A DNA stretch of 64,000 nt from the human T2T-CHM13v2.0 reference genome, Homo sapiens. The DNA lies in assembly GCF_009914755.1 (NCBI RefSeq), contig NC_060938.1; one strand, written 5' to 3'. Numbering within the stretch: position 1 is the first letter of the stretch; each line of letters opens with the position of its first letter. Both the position numbers and the translations under genes were made by a program. Shown here piece by piece: positions 41,246 through 54,492 of this stretch. Below the pieces are notes generated by a model, which was not told the DNA's origin, did no database searches, and worked only from the letters and a program-made list of their open reading frames with translations.

Positions 41246-42137
41246 AAGTTAAGAACATGAAATCTCATACAAATATGTAACAAGCACATGTAAAAGATTT
41301 GATTAACTCATTGAAGGAAACACTGAGTGAAAAAACCTGGTTTCAGGAATACACGAGACTGAATTATATATAATCAATGAAAGAAGAAATGTGGAAATGA
41401 GATTGCCAAGTTATATTCAACACTGGTTAATGTCCCACAGGGCAATAAAACCATAAGCTTTGGGGTTATTTTTTCATTCAAATAAGTGTCCTCCTACAGT
41501 GTCAGATGAACCTAGGATCTAGTATGACATTGAAGGGCACACAGTAATCTTTCTGCCTTCTTTCTGAGCTTTGGAACATTTTTCTTAACAGACTCAATAC
41601 TTTTACTCCCAGAAACCAGTTCTGTGTCTTCTTTCCATGTTCTCTGCAAGAGGGTAGAAATGGGCCTGGGGCAGAGCAGAGAGAAACTTTGCTTTCCTAA
41701 AGTTCTTTCCAGCTGGCCTTAGTGAGATTTTGGATCTATTGGTCGTCTAATTGCCAGAAAGAGTAGCTCAACAGTCATGATTGAATAAAAGTAATGGTGT
41801 AAATGTATCCATCCTTTATATGCTTTCATCAGCTGACTTTGGGTTTTGTTTATTTAGGTTAGATATTCAGTCTATGCATGCAAAGCTCAAATGTGGAGAA
41901 TTTGAGGATGATACCAGTGTGTTCCCACACCCTGCCATATTGACCATCTAAAATATTTGAGAATGCTTAGGATTTGCTATCTAAGTAAGTGTTAAATCTG
42001 CCAGAATTATGTTTCTGAATTATCATTTTATATAAAGCATTTGTTTTGGGATATCCAGAGTTGGCATGCACCATTAGAGCTATATTGGGTGTTAACATAC
42101 TGAAATGTTTTCATACCAGTTGGTAAAGAGAAAGTAT

Positions 42138-42447
42138 TTCTTTTTTTTTTTCTTTTCTTGTTTTTGGAGACAAAAAAAGTTGCCCAGGCTGGAGTGCAGT
42201 GTGATCATGGTTTACCAGAGCCTCAACCTCCCAGGCTCAAGCAATCCTCCCAGCTCGGCCTCCCAAAGTAGCTGGGACCACAGGTGTGCACCACCATGCC
42301 CAGCTAAATTTTTTTTTTCTATTTTTTGTAGTGAAGCAGTCTCACTTTGTTGCCCAGACTGATCTCAAAACTCCTGGGCTCAAGCAGTCGGCCTGCCTAG
42401 GCCTCCCAAAGTGCTGAGATTATAGATGTGAGCCACCACGCCCAGCT
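42138..42447 (-). mobile_element. Alu (AluJ-like)
   Basis: TSD GAGAAAGTAT at 42128 and 42448. Confidence 0.95.
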
Positions 42448-43561
42448 GAGAAAGTATCTCTTTATTGAGATTATAAGGCATCTTATCATGCCACCCATCA
42501 GTGACCATGGCGGGGTAGTGGACATGGGAGGACGGCCAGCATAGATATTGACAGCCCCAGTAGCCACTGAGTGGTCCGGGAGGTGAGAGTGGAGGTGTGC
42601 ATAGTGCCCTCCCTCTGCTCTACGTTGTCAGGGATGACAAAGCAGGCAGTGGAGCAGGTGGCATTGGTGGCAGTGGTTTGGAAGTGGGGGTTGGGGAGAA
42701 TGGGGGTGCAGGGGCAGAGTCAGTTGGAGCATAGGCCCTCTGGGAGGCATTAGCATCCAGGTATATAATAACCCAGTAGTGCAGAGCCTGCAGTGTGCCC
42801 AGGAGCAGACTGTCAGTATAACAGTGAAGTTATTGATGTGGTTATTACATGGTTTGAACAGGAGCATCACTTAGCTAGGTGATAGCTACATCAACTAAGA
42901 TCACAATAACAATCTGTAAAAAAAAAAAAAAAAAAAAAAAAAAGACCAATGATTTGGAAATTTCCAGAATATTTTGGAAATTATTTTCTCCATAATGTAG
43001 CATGTATATTTTAGGATATAGTTAATTCAGCAAACAAAAGAAATTTTAAATAGATTTTGATTAAATATTTTTGATTTTATCACATATTGATATTTTATCT
43101 TTCTAATTATTAAATATTTTTATTTTGAGTATGACTGTTATTTCTGGCTATATAAAAATTATAGTTATTTAACCAAACCATCAAAACTAAGAAAAGAGTA
43201 AATTGGGAAGATATTGAAAATATAATAGGTACATATTTGTTTTCTATATTACATAAAGTGCTTATTCAAGCTAAAAAGATGGCACAAGCCTCCTATAAGC
43301 AGATAGTTGAATTTTAACAGGCAGTTTGTATAAAAGTAAAGACAGGTGGAGGAGAGGTTCCCCCAAAGGCAGGGACAGTGTCTGACACAGGCCTGGTTTC
43401 CTGGTCTGCCTAGTAGGAGCTTGATAAATGTTAATTAATTGAATGAATAACTGAGTCAATGTATGAACAACTCTTCAACCTCACCAGTAATTAAGTAAAT
43501 GCAAACGAAAACAAAAATGAGATATAGTCATATCTATTAATTTATTAAAATTAAAGAAATA

Positions 43562-43860
43562 GGCTAGGCATGGTGGCTCATGCCTATAATCCTAGCACTT
43601 TGGGAGGCGAAGGTGGGAGATTGCTTGAATCCAAGAGTTCAAGACCAGCCTGGACAACATAGAGAGACACTGTCTGTACAAAAAATTTAAAAAATTAGCC
43701 GGGCAGTGCACAACTGTAGTCTCAGCTACCCTGGAGGCTGAGGTCAGAGGATCATTTGAGTCTGGCAGGTCGAGGCTGCAGTGAGCCATGATTGCACCAC
43801 TGTACTCCAACCTGGGTAACAGAGGGAGACCTCATCTCAAAAAGAAGGAAAAATAAAATA
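43562..43860 (+). mobile_element. Alu (AluJ-like) within an L1ME fragment (~43450-44160)
   Basis: Full sense dimer. Confidence 0.93.
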
Positions 43861-44185
43861 AAATCCAATGCAGGAGAAAGAAAAATTCAATGCAGGAGAA
43901 CTATTGTGGAAACAGGAAAGCTAGTCATCACTTTCTGAAAGGACCTACTTAGTTTATTATAAGCAATCAGGGATACTTACTTTCTTCAACCTGTTTGGGG
44001 TATTTATCCTCAGGAAATGATGGTAAAGAAAATGAAAACTTTCTTTAAAATTGTTTACAGTAGAGCTATTTATAATAGTAAAAACTACAAGCAATTTACA
44101 TACCCAATAGTTCAGTGAAATATAATGCTTTATATTTGAAATGATATATTTCATATGTAATCATTTCAAGTGATTATATTTACCT

Positions 44186-44397
44186 CCAGTTTAATGTTAA
44201 TGAATCAACAATAGATATTAAATAAGATGTCTTTTAAACAGAAGCACACAGAAAACAAGGTTATATGTTGATTGGTTGACCAAAATGTTTAACAGAGGCT
44301 CCAAGCAACCTAACCCCATATTTTTGCTAGATGCAATGCTCTGTGTTTTTGGCAATTTATAGAACATAACTACCATGAATAACAAGAATTGATTATA
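44186..44397 (-). mobile_element. TcMar-Tigger DNA transposon fragment (MER82-like)
   Basis: AATGTTAATGAATCAACAAT...TTTATAGAACATAACTACC. Confidence 0.65.
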
Positions 44398-46607
44398 TTT
44401 AATATGTGGTTTGAGCAAGGGCGTGGACTTATGTGCTCACAGCTGCTCAAATATTATTGGTGATGTTCAAAATCTTGGGCAAGGCAGAAAGAAATCTGTT
44501 TTTGGGTTATTGTATTATTTTAAAAAAATACTTTCCCTATGGCAGTGAACACACACAGTTCCAGACCTCTACGATTTCCAGTCTTTTCTGGAGTTTTTCA
44601 ATTCTCTTTTTTTCCTCTAAGATCAAGAAGAATATCATTATTTGAGTAGCATAGACCTGCACGATAAATCCTTAGAAGATGGCAGGGACTTTCACAGATG
44701 TACTCAATATTTTCCCTTGTGTCCCTGCAAGGTCAGAAAATGAAAACCACCACCAACTCTATGGTTTGGGAAGAACTCAGACAGTGACAGGGTAGCTGTG
44801 ACCCAAATCCTAATCAAATAACCTTTGCTGCAAATAACAAGGACTCCAACCTCAGAGAATTTTGTTCTGTTCCCAAGCTGTATCCACCATGGGCATTCTT
44901 ATAAAAGCAGTAGTCAGCAGCTTTGGTGAACTTTACCATAGAAGGAATTTCTCAAAAGGCATGCAATGCTCAGAGAATCTCAGGAGAGCTAGAGAATCTT
45001 CAGACATGCAGGATGGGTAGACAGAATAACACTCAAATCACACCACAGAGCTGATCCTAAGAAGGTACCTCGCCTGCCTCTATTGGATGCAAACACCACA
45101 GCTCACACAGCCGACACCTGACCCTGGGTGCTCAAAAACTGCCACTGGAATTGCTGCCACAGCTGTCTCTGAAAGCCCAGAGTAGCTGCCATCACACCCA
45201 CATGTACCATCACTGATTCTCCACATTACCAGCTTCCAGTTCAGGGTCTGGCAGGAGCCTGAGTGTGTACCTGTACCGTAGCTGCAAGGGAGCCTGGGAA
45301 ATGAATTTTAGCCTCTGCCTCAGAACCTAGGAAGAGAGAGAAAGGAGGGGCAAAGAATAGTAAAAGTGCCTTACCATCTTGCATAGGATGTGTTAGAATT
45401 CTTTACAGAGAGGGATTCACTTGGGGTTACTCAGAGCACCATACGGAGATGTTGTTGGGATGAACTGCCCTGGCCCACCCACTCCCAGCTAAGGCAGCTG
45501 CAGCATGATCTGTGCAGGGGCCTGGGCTTCACAGACTGATGTAACCGCTCTGTATATATACCCCTTTCACTCTAGTGTTGAGAAAGAGGGAAACTAGATG
45601 CAATGATTAAAAATATTTTAATACCAAACTTCAAGCTTTTTGACTCACTCATGCTCCAAAAACAAGCGCAACATCAAGACTAAAGGTGTTTGTGTCCACA
45701 CCCATTGTGAGATTCAAGTTGAGTTTTCGGTGTCATATTTGTGTCTTAGCAAGTTGTCGATCAGCTTCATTTCTTTAAAAAATTATTCTTCGGAAAGCAC
45801 TTTGTGCCCATTGATATATGAGACATCTTCAAACAGTCGCTACGTCTGCCTGATTGCCCAGTCAGCTGGGGACACACAGGACATTACGGTTTGGATATGT
45901 AGGTTCTGACAGATCTTGACAGATAAATGTAAATGGAAATATATCTACACTTAAAAATATTTTTTCTTTTGCCATTGTATTGAATATTTTTTAGTGTCAG
46001 TTTCTTGTTATGTGAGTGTGAGGAATTGTGGGAGATGGAGGAGTTTATATTCTCTGCAACTTCTGACTTGGTTGGCTCGCTGCATCCATGCTCCTGAATC
46101 ACCCCATCACTCAGGGATTGGAAATAGTTTGTCCCAAATAACTATTTACCTTTCACTGTGGCTCCAATCTTGAGAAAAGTCTATTCTTGCTTCCTAGACA
46201 CTTAAGATTCAATAATATTTGAAAGAATTATTTGTGGAAGTATATTTGTTTTACGTTTTTATTGTGAGATAGCTGTGGTTTTCAATCTTTAAGGGGGTTT
46301 ACATTTTCTGTTTACCATATAAACGAAAACTACAGTAGATAAGTATCTTGAAAATAAAAATGATCATCTGTGTTAAAATTGCAATAAAATTTTCATCCTA
46401 AATACCTCACTACATGGTTTGGCTGAGCTTTTCTGACCATACCTTTAGATTAACAGTGAAAAAATAAAAATAAATTTAGGCACCTTAGATCCACCTTAGT
46501 TACCTTTACTCTTTCAGTCTGAATGACAAGACAAGTTCCAAAAGAGCAGAAGCTGAATTTGCCATAGAAGTCAACCATGGCAACAGAGGGGATATTCTTT
46601 GGCAGGG

Positions 46608-46972
46608 TGATATGGTTTGGCTGTGTCCCCACCCAAATCTCATCTTGAGTTGTAGTTCCCATAATCCCCACGTGTTGTGGGAGGGACCAGGTGGAAATAA
46701 TTGAATCATCGGGGAAGTTTCCCCCATCCTGTTGTTATGATAGCTAGTGAGTTCTCACAAGATCTGATGGTTTTATAAGGGGCTTTCCCCAATTTTACTC
46801 GGCACTTTTCCTTGCTGCTGCCATGTGAAGAAGGATGTGTTTGCTTCCACTTATGCCGTTATTGTAAATTTCCTGAGGCCTCCCCAGCCGTGCAGAACTG
46901 TGAGTCATTTCCTTTATAAATTACTCAGTCTTGGGTATGTCTTTATTAGCAGCATGAGAACAGACTAATACA
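46608..46972 (+). mobile_element. THE1B-like MaLR solo LTR
   Basis: TGATATGGTTTGGCTGTGTCCCC...GACTAATACA; perfect 5-bp TSD CAGGG. Confidence 0.95.
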
Positions 46973-47708
46973 CAGGGTACCCTTCGGTACAACAGAGAAC
47001 TGAAACAGATAGCATTTTCCTTCTTCACCCTTCTCAGCTAATAAACTCAGGGGACTATTGCTATCACTTTATTGCACAGAAGTTGCTAGAATCTGGGCTT
47101 CCCAAATGAGGCAAGAATTTTTACTCTCTGCCTTTCCTACCACCTGACCCTCAGGGGCCCTGCCCCTTTCCTCCTGCCTCCTTCTTTATTTAACTATTTC
47201 ATATTAAGCTTTGTTTTTTTAAAAAACCTACTAGGAATGAAGACATTGTGATACATTTTATGTACCATACTTACTGATATATAATGAGCCTATTCTCTTT
47301 TTTTGTTTAAAATTAGTATTCTGTAAATGTAAATTTATTCCTGAAGCATGATTTGGTTTAATCAATTTACTGAGTTTTTACTTTTACAGAGTGGTAAAAC
47401 TGGATTAGAATGCCATTATATCTTAGTGAAGAATAAGAATTTTTTAACCTTGCATTGGCATCTCTAGAACAATAATTCCCAACACTTTGAATTGGAAAAG
47501 ATTTCTTTTTAAAAGCATTTTATAAATCTCAATACATTATAGGATAAGAGATGTACTTTTAATATCCATTGGTTGAGAAAGCTATTAATTGTACAGTATT
47601 TTTAAATGAATTTGCAATTGATCTGTCACACTGGCATCTCCCTATAATCACGAAAATAGAACATATGTGTGTAGAATATATTTTGCATGCAGCCTGCTGG
47701 AGAATCTC

Positions 47709-48007
47709 TTTTTTTTTTTTTTTTTTGAGACGGAGTCTTGCTCTTTCGCCCAGGCTGGAGTGCAGTGGCGCAATCTCGGCTTACTACAAGCTCCGCCTCC
47801 AGAGTTCACGCCATTCTCCTGCCTCAGCCTCCCGAGTAGCTGGGACTACAGGTGCCCGCCACCACACCCGGCTAATTTTTTGTATTTTTAGTAGAGACGG
47901 GGTTTCACCGTGTTAGCCAGGATGGTCTCGATCTCCTGACCTCGTGATCCGCCTGCCTTGGCCTCCCAAAGTGCTGGGATTACAGGCATGAGCCACCGTG
48001 CCCGGCC
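47709..48007 (-). mobile_element. AluY
   Basis: CAAGCTCCGCCTCC, TTCACGCCATTCTCC, GTTAGCCAGGATGGTCTCGATC; 12-bp TSD GCTGGAGAATCT. Confidence 0.97.
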
Positions 48008-48912
48008 GCTGGAGAATCTTTTACAGGGACTCCGTGACTTTATCACTAAGCCACGCTGGCAGCACAGGCATGACGGCTCCTGGATTTTATTCAGGCTGAC
48101 AGCCACTGCCAAGTCTCCTTGGACCGAGCTAGCAATGAATTGATGGTGCTATGGGAGAAATTGGTTCCTTCCAGACATGCTGGCCATGCTCCTCTGACCT
48201 GTCATTGATTTGTGAAGTGCTGATTCATTCAGACATTTTTTAGTTATATAAAAATACATGTACAAACCATTTTAAACAGAAAATAAATCATCCTACAACT
48301 ATTTGAACAGATATTTATGGCTGGATTCAAAAGCATTGAAATTAAGGGTCTTAAGTAGAAGTATAACAACGGTAATAGCAGAAGAATTTCTGCAGTGAGA
48401 ATTCATTTCCCTCTCTGCATTTGGTGTTCAGCAAAACTAAACCTGTATTGAAAAGGAGTCCATTCCTCTTTCATCAGAGATTGCCTTTAGCAAGGAAACA
48501 ATGGACAGCTTTTCCCAGTGTTCTCTCCTTTTCTCATTGTCAGGGTGTTCTTCTGTGACATTTAATTTGAACCACTGCCTGTCTCAATAATGTAACAATT
48601 TGATTGGGTCAGATAGAAAAGGTAGAAGTCTTTTTTAAACCAAAGGATTTTCATTTGAAGGTTTGATAACCAAATTTGATTTCTGGATCCTATGATCCCG
48701 GTGATGTCCCTTGGATTCAGTCCCCCTCTCCTCATCATTAGTGGTATCCTCCTGAGGAGAGAACAGAATACCCTACACTAACTTTAGTTGCTGGTCTTTA
48801 CCGATTTAGGTTGGTATAAAGACAGAACCAATGTGAGACTAGGCTTAGAGTATAAAGTTAATATGTGCAGGTTGGGAAATAGGCACTAAAAATTATAGAG
48901 TTGACTGGATCC

Positions 48913-49362
48913 TGTATTAGTTATCTATAGCTACTTAACACATTAACCCAAACTTAATGTCTTAAAACAACAAACATCTATCTTCTAATAGTTTTGTGGA
49001 TCTGGAATCCAGGATGGTTCTGGCTCAGGCGCCCTCACAAAGATGCAGTTAAGGTATTAGCCAGGGCAGCTGTCATCTGAGGCTTAAGTGGGCCTGGAGG
49101 ATCTGGTTCTAAGCTCATTCATATGGCTGTAGGCAGGAGGCCTCAGTTTCTCTTGGTCGGGGCCTCTCCATAGACTGCTCATGACCTGGCTTTTCCCAGA
49201 GCAAGCGATCCAAGAAAGAGGGCCCAAGACGGAAGCCACAGTCTTTTGTAATGTCATTTTAGAAGAACCATATCATCATTTCTATACTATTCTGTTGGTC
49301 ACACAGGATGTGAATACCAGGGCAGGGTTTATTGCAGGTCATCTTGGAGGCTGGCTACCACA
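48913..49362 (-). mobile_element. MLT1F/G-like MaLR LTR
   Basis: TGTATTAGTTATCTAT...GGCTGGCTACCACA termini. Confidence 0.75.
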
Positions 49363-49480
49363 GGCCCAAATGCCTAGTTTTTCTAGAAACCATGGAGAGC
49401 TGCATTCTTTTAAGTCTGGTGCTATGTCTAAGGACAGACTCTTGGTCAAGTTAATAAAAATGATCTGTCATATTTTAAAG

Positions 49481-49527
<47 letters not shown>

Positions 49528-49558
49528 CATATATAGAGAGAGAGAGAGAGAGAAGAGA
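49481..49558. repeat. (ATCT)11 + (AG)n compound STR in an Alu tail
   Basis: Direct read. Confidence 0.95.
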
Positions 49559-49843
49559 GTGTCTCGCTCTGTCACCCAGGCTGGAGGGCAGTGGCGCGAT
49601 CTCGGCTCACTGCAGCCTCCGCCTCCTGGGTTCAAGCAATTCTCCTGCCTCAGCTTCCTTAGTGGCTAGGATTACAGGCGTGCGCCACCACACCCAGCTA
49701 ATTTTTTTTTTTTTTTTTTTTTTTAGTAGAGATGGGGTTTCACCATGTTGGCCAGGCTGGCCTCGAACTCCTGACCCAGTGGTCTATCCATCTCAGCCTC
49801 CCAAAGTGCTGGGATTTTAAGGCATGAGCCACCGCACCCAGCC
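49555..49843 (-). mobile_element. Alu (AluS-like)
   Basis: Antisense dimer with expanded middle T-run. Confidence 0.95.
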
Positions 49844-50944
49844 TAAAGACAATTTTTTACCTTTGCTTTTATAATGTAAATTTGATTGTTATATTTAAGT
49901 AAAATACACTTATAAAGTATAAATAATACTAGGGTACAATATAGAAATCAAAATTTTCATGTAAACTTCTTATATAACCATAGTTATTAACAGATATTTA
50001 CCTATCATTATAAAATAAAGAACTGCACTATTCTGAATCTCATTGTTTTCACTTAACAGTATATTATGGATATCTTTCAATGTCAGTATATAGAATTCAT
50101 TCTGTTTTCTGGCTACGTAATATTCCATTGAGTGACTCTGGCAAATAGAATAACTTTACCAGAATTATCTAGCCAGTCTCTACTGTTGGATAATTGAGCT
50201 TTTTCCTTCAGCTTTTAATAAAATATGAATCGTGTTTGTGCATAAGTCTTTTTGATCTTTTTGTGCTGTGTGAGAATTCTTCAGGGCAAATCTTCAGAAG
50301 GTGAATTTTCAAGTGAAAGGGTATAACATTAAAAATTCAACAGATATTGCTGAATTATCTGCTAAAAATGTTGTACCTAATTACACTCTTTCCAATGGTG
50401 ACAAAAGTGCCAATAACCTCTTCCTTCTAAAATCAGCCTCATTTGACTTGGGTATACCTTACTATGATTTTGAGGAAGGCATGGTGTTGTACTTGGCAGA
50501 GGAGTTTAAGACCAAAAAGGAAAATAAAGGGCCTGCTGTAAGATCATAGCAACCATCAGGGATTGCATAAAGGACCCCGTGAGTGACTGATTCGTAGGCA
50601 GAGGCACCCACTTCAGAGCTGCATGTAACTCCAGGGCCCAAATTTGACTTCTCCCCCTTGAGTATGAATACTGAGGAAGTTTGTGTAGCTCATTTGTTAA
50701 TAAGCTAAACTCTGACATCTTCAGACATCTGTCTGTGCATTGATGAAGGCACTAAAGCCAGAAATGAAGAGAAATGGATTGTGGAAACCTGGCTTCTTGC
50801 AGTTCTTCCCAACAGCCTACAACCATTCCTTTCTGAAAATCCCACTGTTGCTTTGGTTGATGCCTCAGACTCAAGATCCTTTAAGCAGCATACAAACTGA
50901 GAAAAGAAATGCATTGAGAGACCAGGACTCTGAAAGAATGGAAT

Positions 50945-51400
50945 TGATCCATTCATTCATGGATTCATTCAACAATGAATAAATATTTAGTACCCAGCGT
51001 GGGGCGGAAGCTATGATAAGCCCTATGTATGTAATTGTGAACCAAGACAGGCACCAACATGGAGGTTCCTGTCAAGTGGGGAAGATATACAATAATATAA
51101 TCACAAATATAGATTTGGAAACTGTATTTATGTCTAGAAATTAGCAGTATTCCAGGAAGCCAGGAAAACGGAGATCTGCAGGATGAATTTGAGGCCATTA
51201 AGAGAGTTGCTGGTAGAGTCATGACAGGCAGAAAACAAATGAACAAATGGCATGTGTGCAAAGGCCCTGAGGCAGGAAAGAGGGGGGCTAGCTAAGGAAC
51301 TGAAAAAGGCCAATGTGGTCAGAGGGAGTCACAGCAAGAAATGAGGCTGAAGAAGGAGCTGGAAGCCAAATCATAAAGGACCGATACATTTTCCTGGAAG
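50945..51400 (-). mobile_element. L2 LINE 3' fragment
   Basis: CATTCATTCA...TTCATTCAACAA; TGCAAAGGCCCTGAGGCAGGAAAG. Confidence 0.75.
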
Positions 51401-52510
51401 CATTTTGAGAAAAGGAATTCAGGATATGGAAGTGTTCAAAAGCCCAGGATGGAAGGAAGGGGGAAAGTGACAGCCACTGGGCAGGAAGCGAGAGATCTCA
51501 GCTGGGGCAGGAGGTCTCAAGACTCTATTAGCCATGTACCTTTTGCTCCTCATTGTCTACCTGGGCTTCATGGGCAAACACTGCTGTGCCCCATCTTTGC
51601 ACATGGCACACACTCCAGAAGCTGAACAGCCTTGTCTGAGCCTACTTTTACCCTCATGGACTTAAAAGTCTGTGCCCCACTTTGCCTTTCATCCACCTGG
51701 GAGGATTTCAACAAAAGTCCATGTCTTGTTCTGTTAATTGAATTACAAAGGAAAGGCCCTGGTGCATTCAGCAAACCTTAATCTGTCTCCCCATTACCCT
51801 AAAATGTTCAATGTAAAAAGCCCATGGCAGAATGCCTCTAGAACAGCACTTAATTGACATAATATGGGTCACCTGTCTACATGGAATTAGCTGACAGAGC
51901 TTCCAGAACAACCTACTTTCCTCCCGTTTGTCTTTAGTTTTTGAACTTCCAAAATGCATCACTGCTACTCACGTCAGTTTTGAGCCATTATTTAACAAAG
52001 AGGTGTACAGTTGGGAACTGTGCTCCTAGCTCAGAATTTGTCTAGTGGTGCACTTGGGGGGTGAGAGGGGAGTGTGGTCAGGGCCCTGGAAGCTGGGGCA
52101 GGGGCTTGTCAGTACCATTGGTCGGCTTTGGCATGTGCAGCAATGCAAAACAAAGTGTAAAGTGGCTTGGTGCCATGCTTTAATGGAATAAGCCTTATAA
52201 ATACCCTATGTACATGTGTATGTATGTGTGTGCTTGGGGTGGGAAAATATGAATAAATTCTGTTACGGGGTAGGGAAGGGAATGGTTATCAAGGCCTATG
52301 AGAATGAAATAGTCCCTAACCAGTAACTTGGAGTTCTTGTGTCCTGACTTGGGAAGCCACAGAGCTGAATGGCCAAAGATGTGACCTTGGAGACCCATTG
52401 CCTGAGTTCAAATCGTGGCCCCTCCACTTACTGACTGGGAAATCTTGGAAATTTAGTGAACTTCATCTGAACTTAATTTTCCTCATCTGTGGAATGAGAA
52501 TAATGATAGC

Positions 52511-52813
52511 TTTTTTTTTTTTTTAAGAGACAGAGTCTTGCTCTATTACCCAAGCTGGGGTACAGTGGTGCTATCATAGTTCACTGTAACCTCTAACTCT
52601 TGGGCTCATGTAATCCTCCCACCTCAGCCTCCTGGGTAGCTAAGACTACAGGTGTATGCCACCAAGCCTGGCTAATTTTTTAAAAAAACATTTATAGAGA
52701 CAGGGTCTCACTATATTTCCCAGACCGGTCTCCAAACTCCTAGCCTCCAGTGATCTGCCTACTTTGGCCTCCCAAAGCACTGGGATTACAGGCGTGAGCC
52801 ACCATGCCCATCC
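52511..52813 (-). mobile_element. Alu (AluJ-like) inserted in a MIR (~52395-52915)
   Basis: TGATAGC TSD; MIR core TTTCCTCATCTGTGGAATGAGAATAATGATAG on the left. Confidence 0.93.
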
Positions 52814-52924
52814 TGATAGCCTTTTCTTATGTTTTTTTTTTTTGTTGTTATTGTTAGATTAAAGGAGTTGAATCATGAAAAGGGCTTTATATAAAGTAAT
52901 TGCTTAGTAAATGAAAAAAAGTAT

Positions 52925-53160
52925 AGCTAATAGTGTCAGGCACTGTTCTAGGTACTTTACATATATTATTTACTCTTCACAAGCTCCCAGGAAATATGTG
53001 GTGGTGTTATCATCCCCACTTTCAAGATGAGGAAATGGAGGCACACAGGTTAAGTAACTTGCCCAGCATCACCTATTGAGTAAATGGCAGAACTGAGACT
53101 CAAACTTGGGCAGTGTGGCCCAGAGCCCAAGCTCTTGACCACTTTGCTGCACTGCCTCTC
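52925..53160 (-). mobile_element. MIR SINE
   Basis: GATGAGGAAATGGAGGCACACAGGTTAAGTAACTTGCCCA. Confidence 0.88.
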
Positions 53161-53805
53161 AGCCATATATAAATGTTAGCTTTCATTATTCTTGGGAGAT
53201 GGGGAAGAAAGAATGGGGGAGATATAGTAAGAATGGCCAGAAAAGGAAGAGAGCACTAAGATTCCCTTGTACCTTAGGCAGGACTGTGAGCTGCTCCCAT
53301 CTTCTATCCCCACACCCCAACCCCCAAAATCCCTTAATTCCAGTGGCTCAGCCTAAATACTGAATGTGTCCTGATAATGTTACACCCTCACTGATTCCAG
53401 TTAGGTGAGGAAGAGACTGTCACTTCCTGCTGTTGCTACGGCTGCCCTGGTTGGTGAAGGTTGAGCAGAGGTCTTTCCAGAGATGCCTAACACCATCTCC
53501 AGGACAAAACTCCTCTGTGGGTGGAGTCCTGTCCACTTTCATTACTGCTGGGCTTCTTCAGACAAACCAGAAGTGCCCAGGGGTAAAATTCCCAAAACAA
53601 TTGCATAATTGACCAAGTCTGACATTCTCGAGAGAGCTATTCCCTACAAGGTTACCAGCCTGGATGCTTTCTTCTAAGATGTCAGTGATTCTAATATGAG
53701 GCCAAAGGCCCCACACAGGTGAACAACATTGTGTGGGCAGTCCTTATAAAAACCTTACATCAGATATTATGCTGCAACGTGTATTTCAGCTACTGGCTTG
53801 GTTTT

Positions 53806-53842
53806 GGGGGTGGGGGTGGGGGTGTGTGTGTGTATGTGTGTG
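53806..53842. repeat. (G5T)3 followed by imperfect (GT)n
   Basis: Direct read. Confidence 0.85.
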
Positions 53843-54191
53843 TTTTGTTTCTTTGAGGTGGAAGATAGCCCAAGAAAAATGAAAACAAATGTTTAAGTAA
53901 AACTGCTGAAGCTCACTAAATCGGCTAGAAATTAATTAATTGAACCTGTAAGCTTATGTTTCTGCTTTCAAAGGGATGATACTGTGAAGTGTTCAGGAAT
54001 GAAGTCTCGTGATGTCTGCTACCTAGTTTCAAATGGCAGGAGAGACAGAGGGATGGGGAAGCAAAAGTGACCATTGTTAACTCTAGGTGGTTGGTAAGTG
54101 GGTGTTCCTTGTTTTATTCTTTCACCTGTAATGTATGTTTATGTTTTTTAAAAGTTAATAAGTTGGAGGATGATAGAAGCATTAAAAAGTA

Positions 54192-54492
54192 GGCCGGGTA
54201 TGGTGGCTCATGCCTGTAATACCAACACTTTGGGAAACTGAGGCAGTAAGCTCCCTTGGGGCCAGGAGTTTGAGACCAGCACAGGAAACATGGCAAGACC
54301 TCCTTTCTCAAAAATTTTTAAAAAAGAAAATTAGCCAGTGTGGTGGCTTGTGCCTGTAGTCCCAACTACTTGGGAGGATGAGGCAGAAAGCTTGCTTGAG
54401 CCCGGGAGTTAGAGGTTACAGTGAGTTAAGGTCGTATCACTGCACTCCAGTCTGGGTGACAGAGTGAGACCCTGTCTCTAAAAATAAACAAA
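54192..54492 (+). mobile_element. Alu (AluJ-like)
   Basis: Full sense dimer. Confidence 0.93.

Noticed and set aside
36654-46972. Two co-oriented THE1 LTRs as a possible full provirus
   Set aside because: Each has its own distinct 5-bp TSD (CCCAC vs CAGGG), they appear to be different subfamilies, and there is no THE1-internal sequence between them
49181-49669. Longest ORF (162 aa)
   Set aside because: It runs through an MLT1 LTR, the (ATCT)n STR (IYLS repeats) and an antisense Alu; a chance open frame
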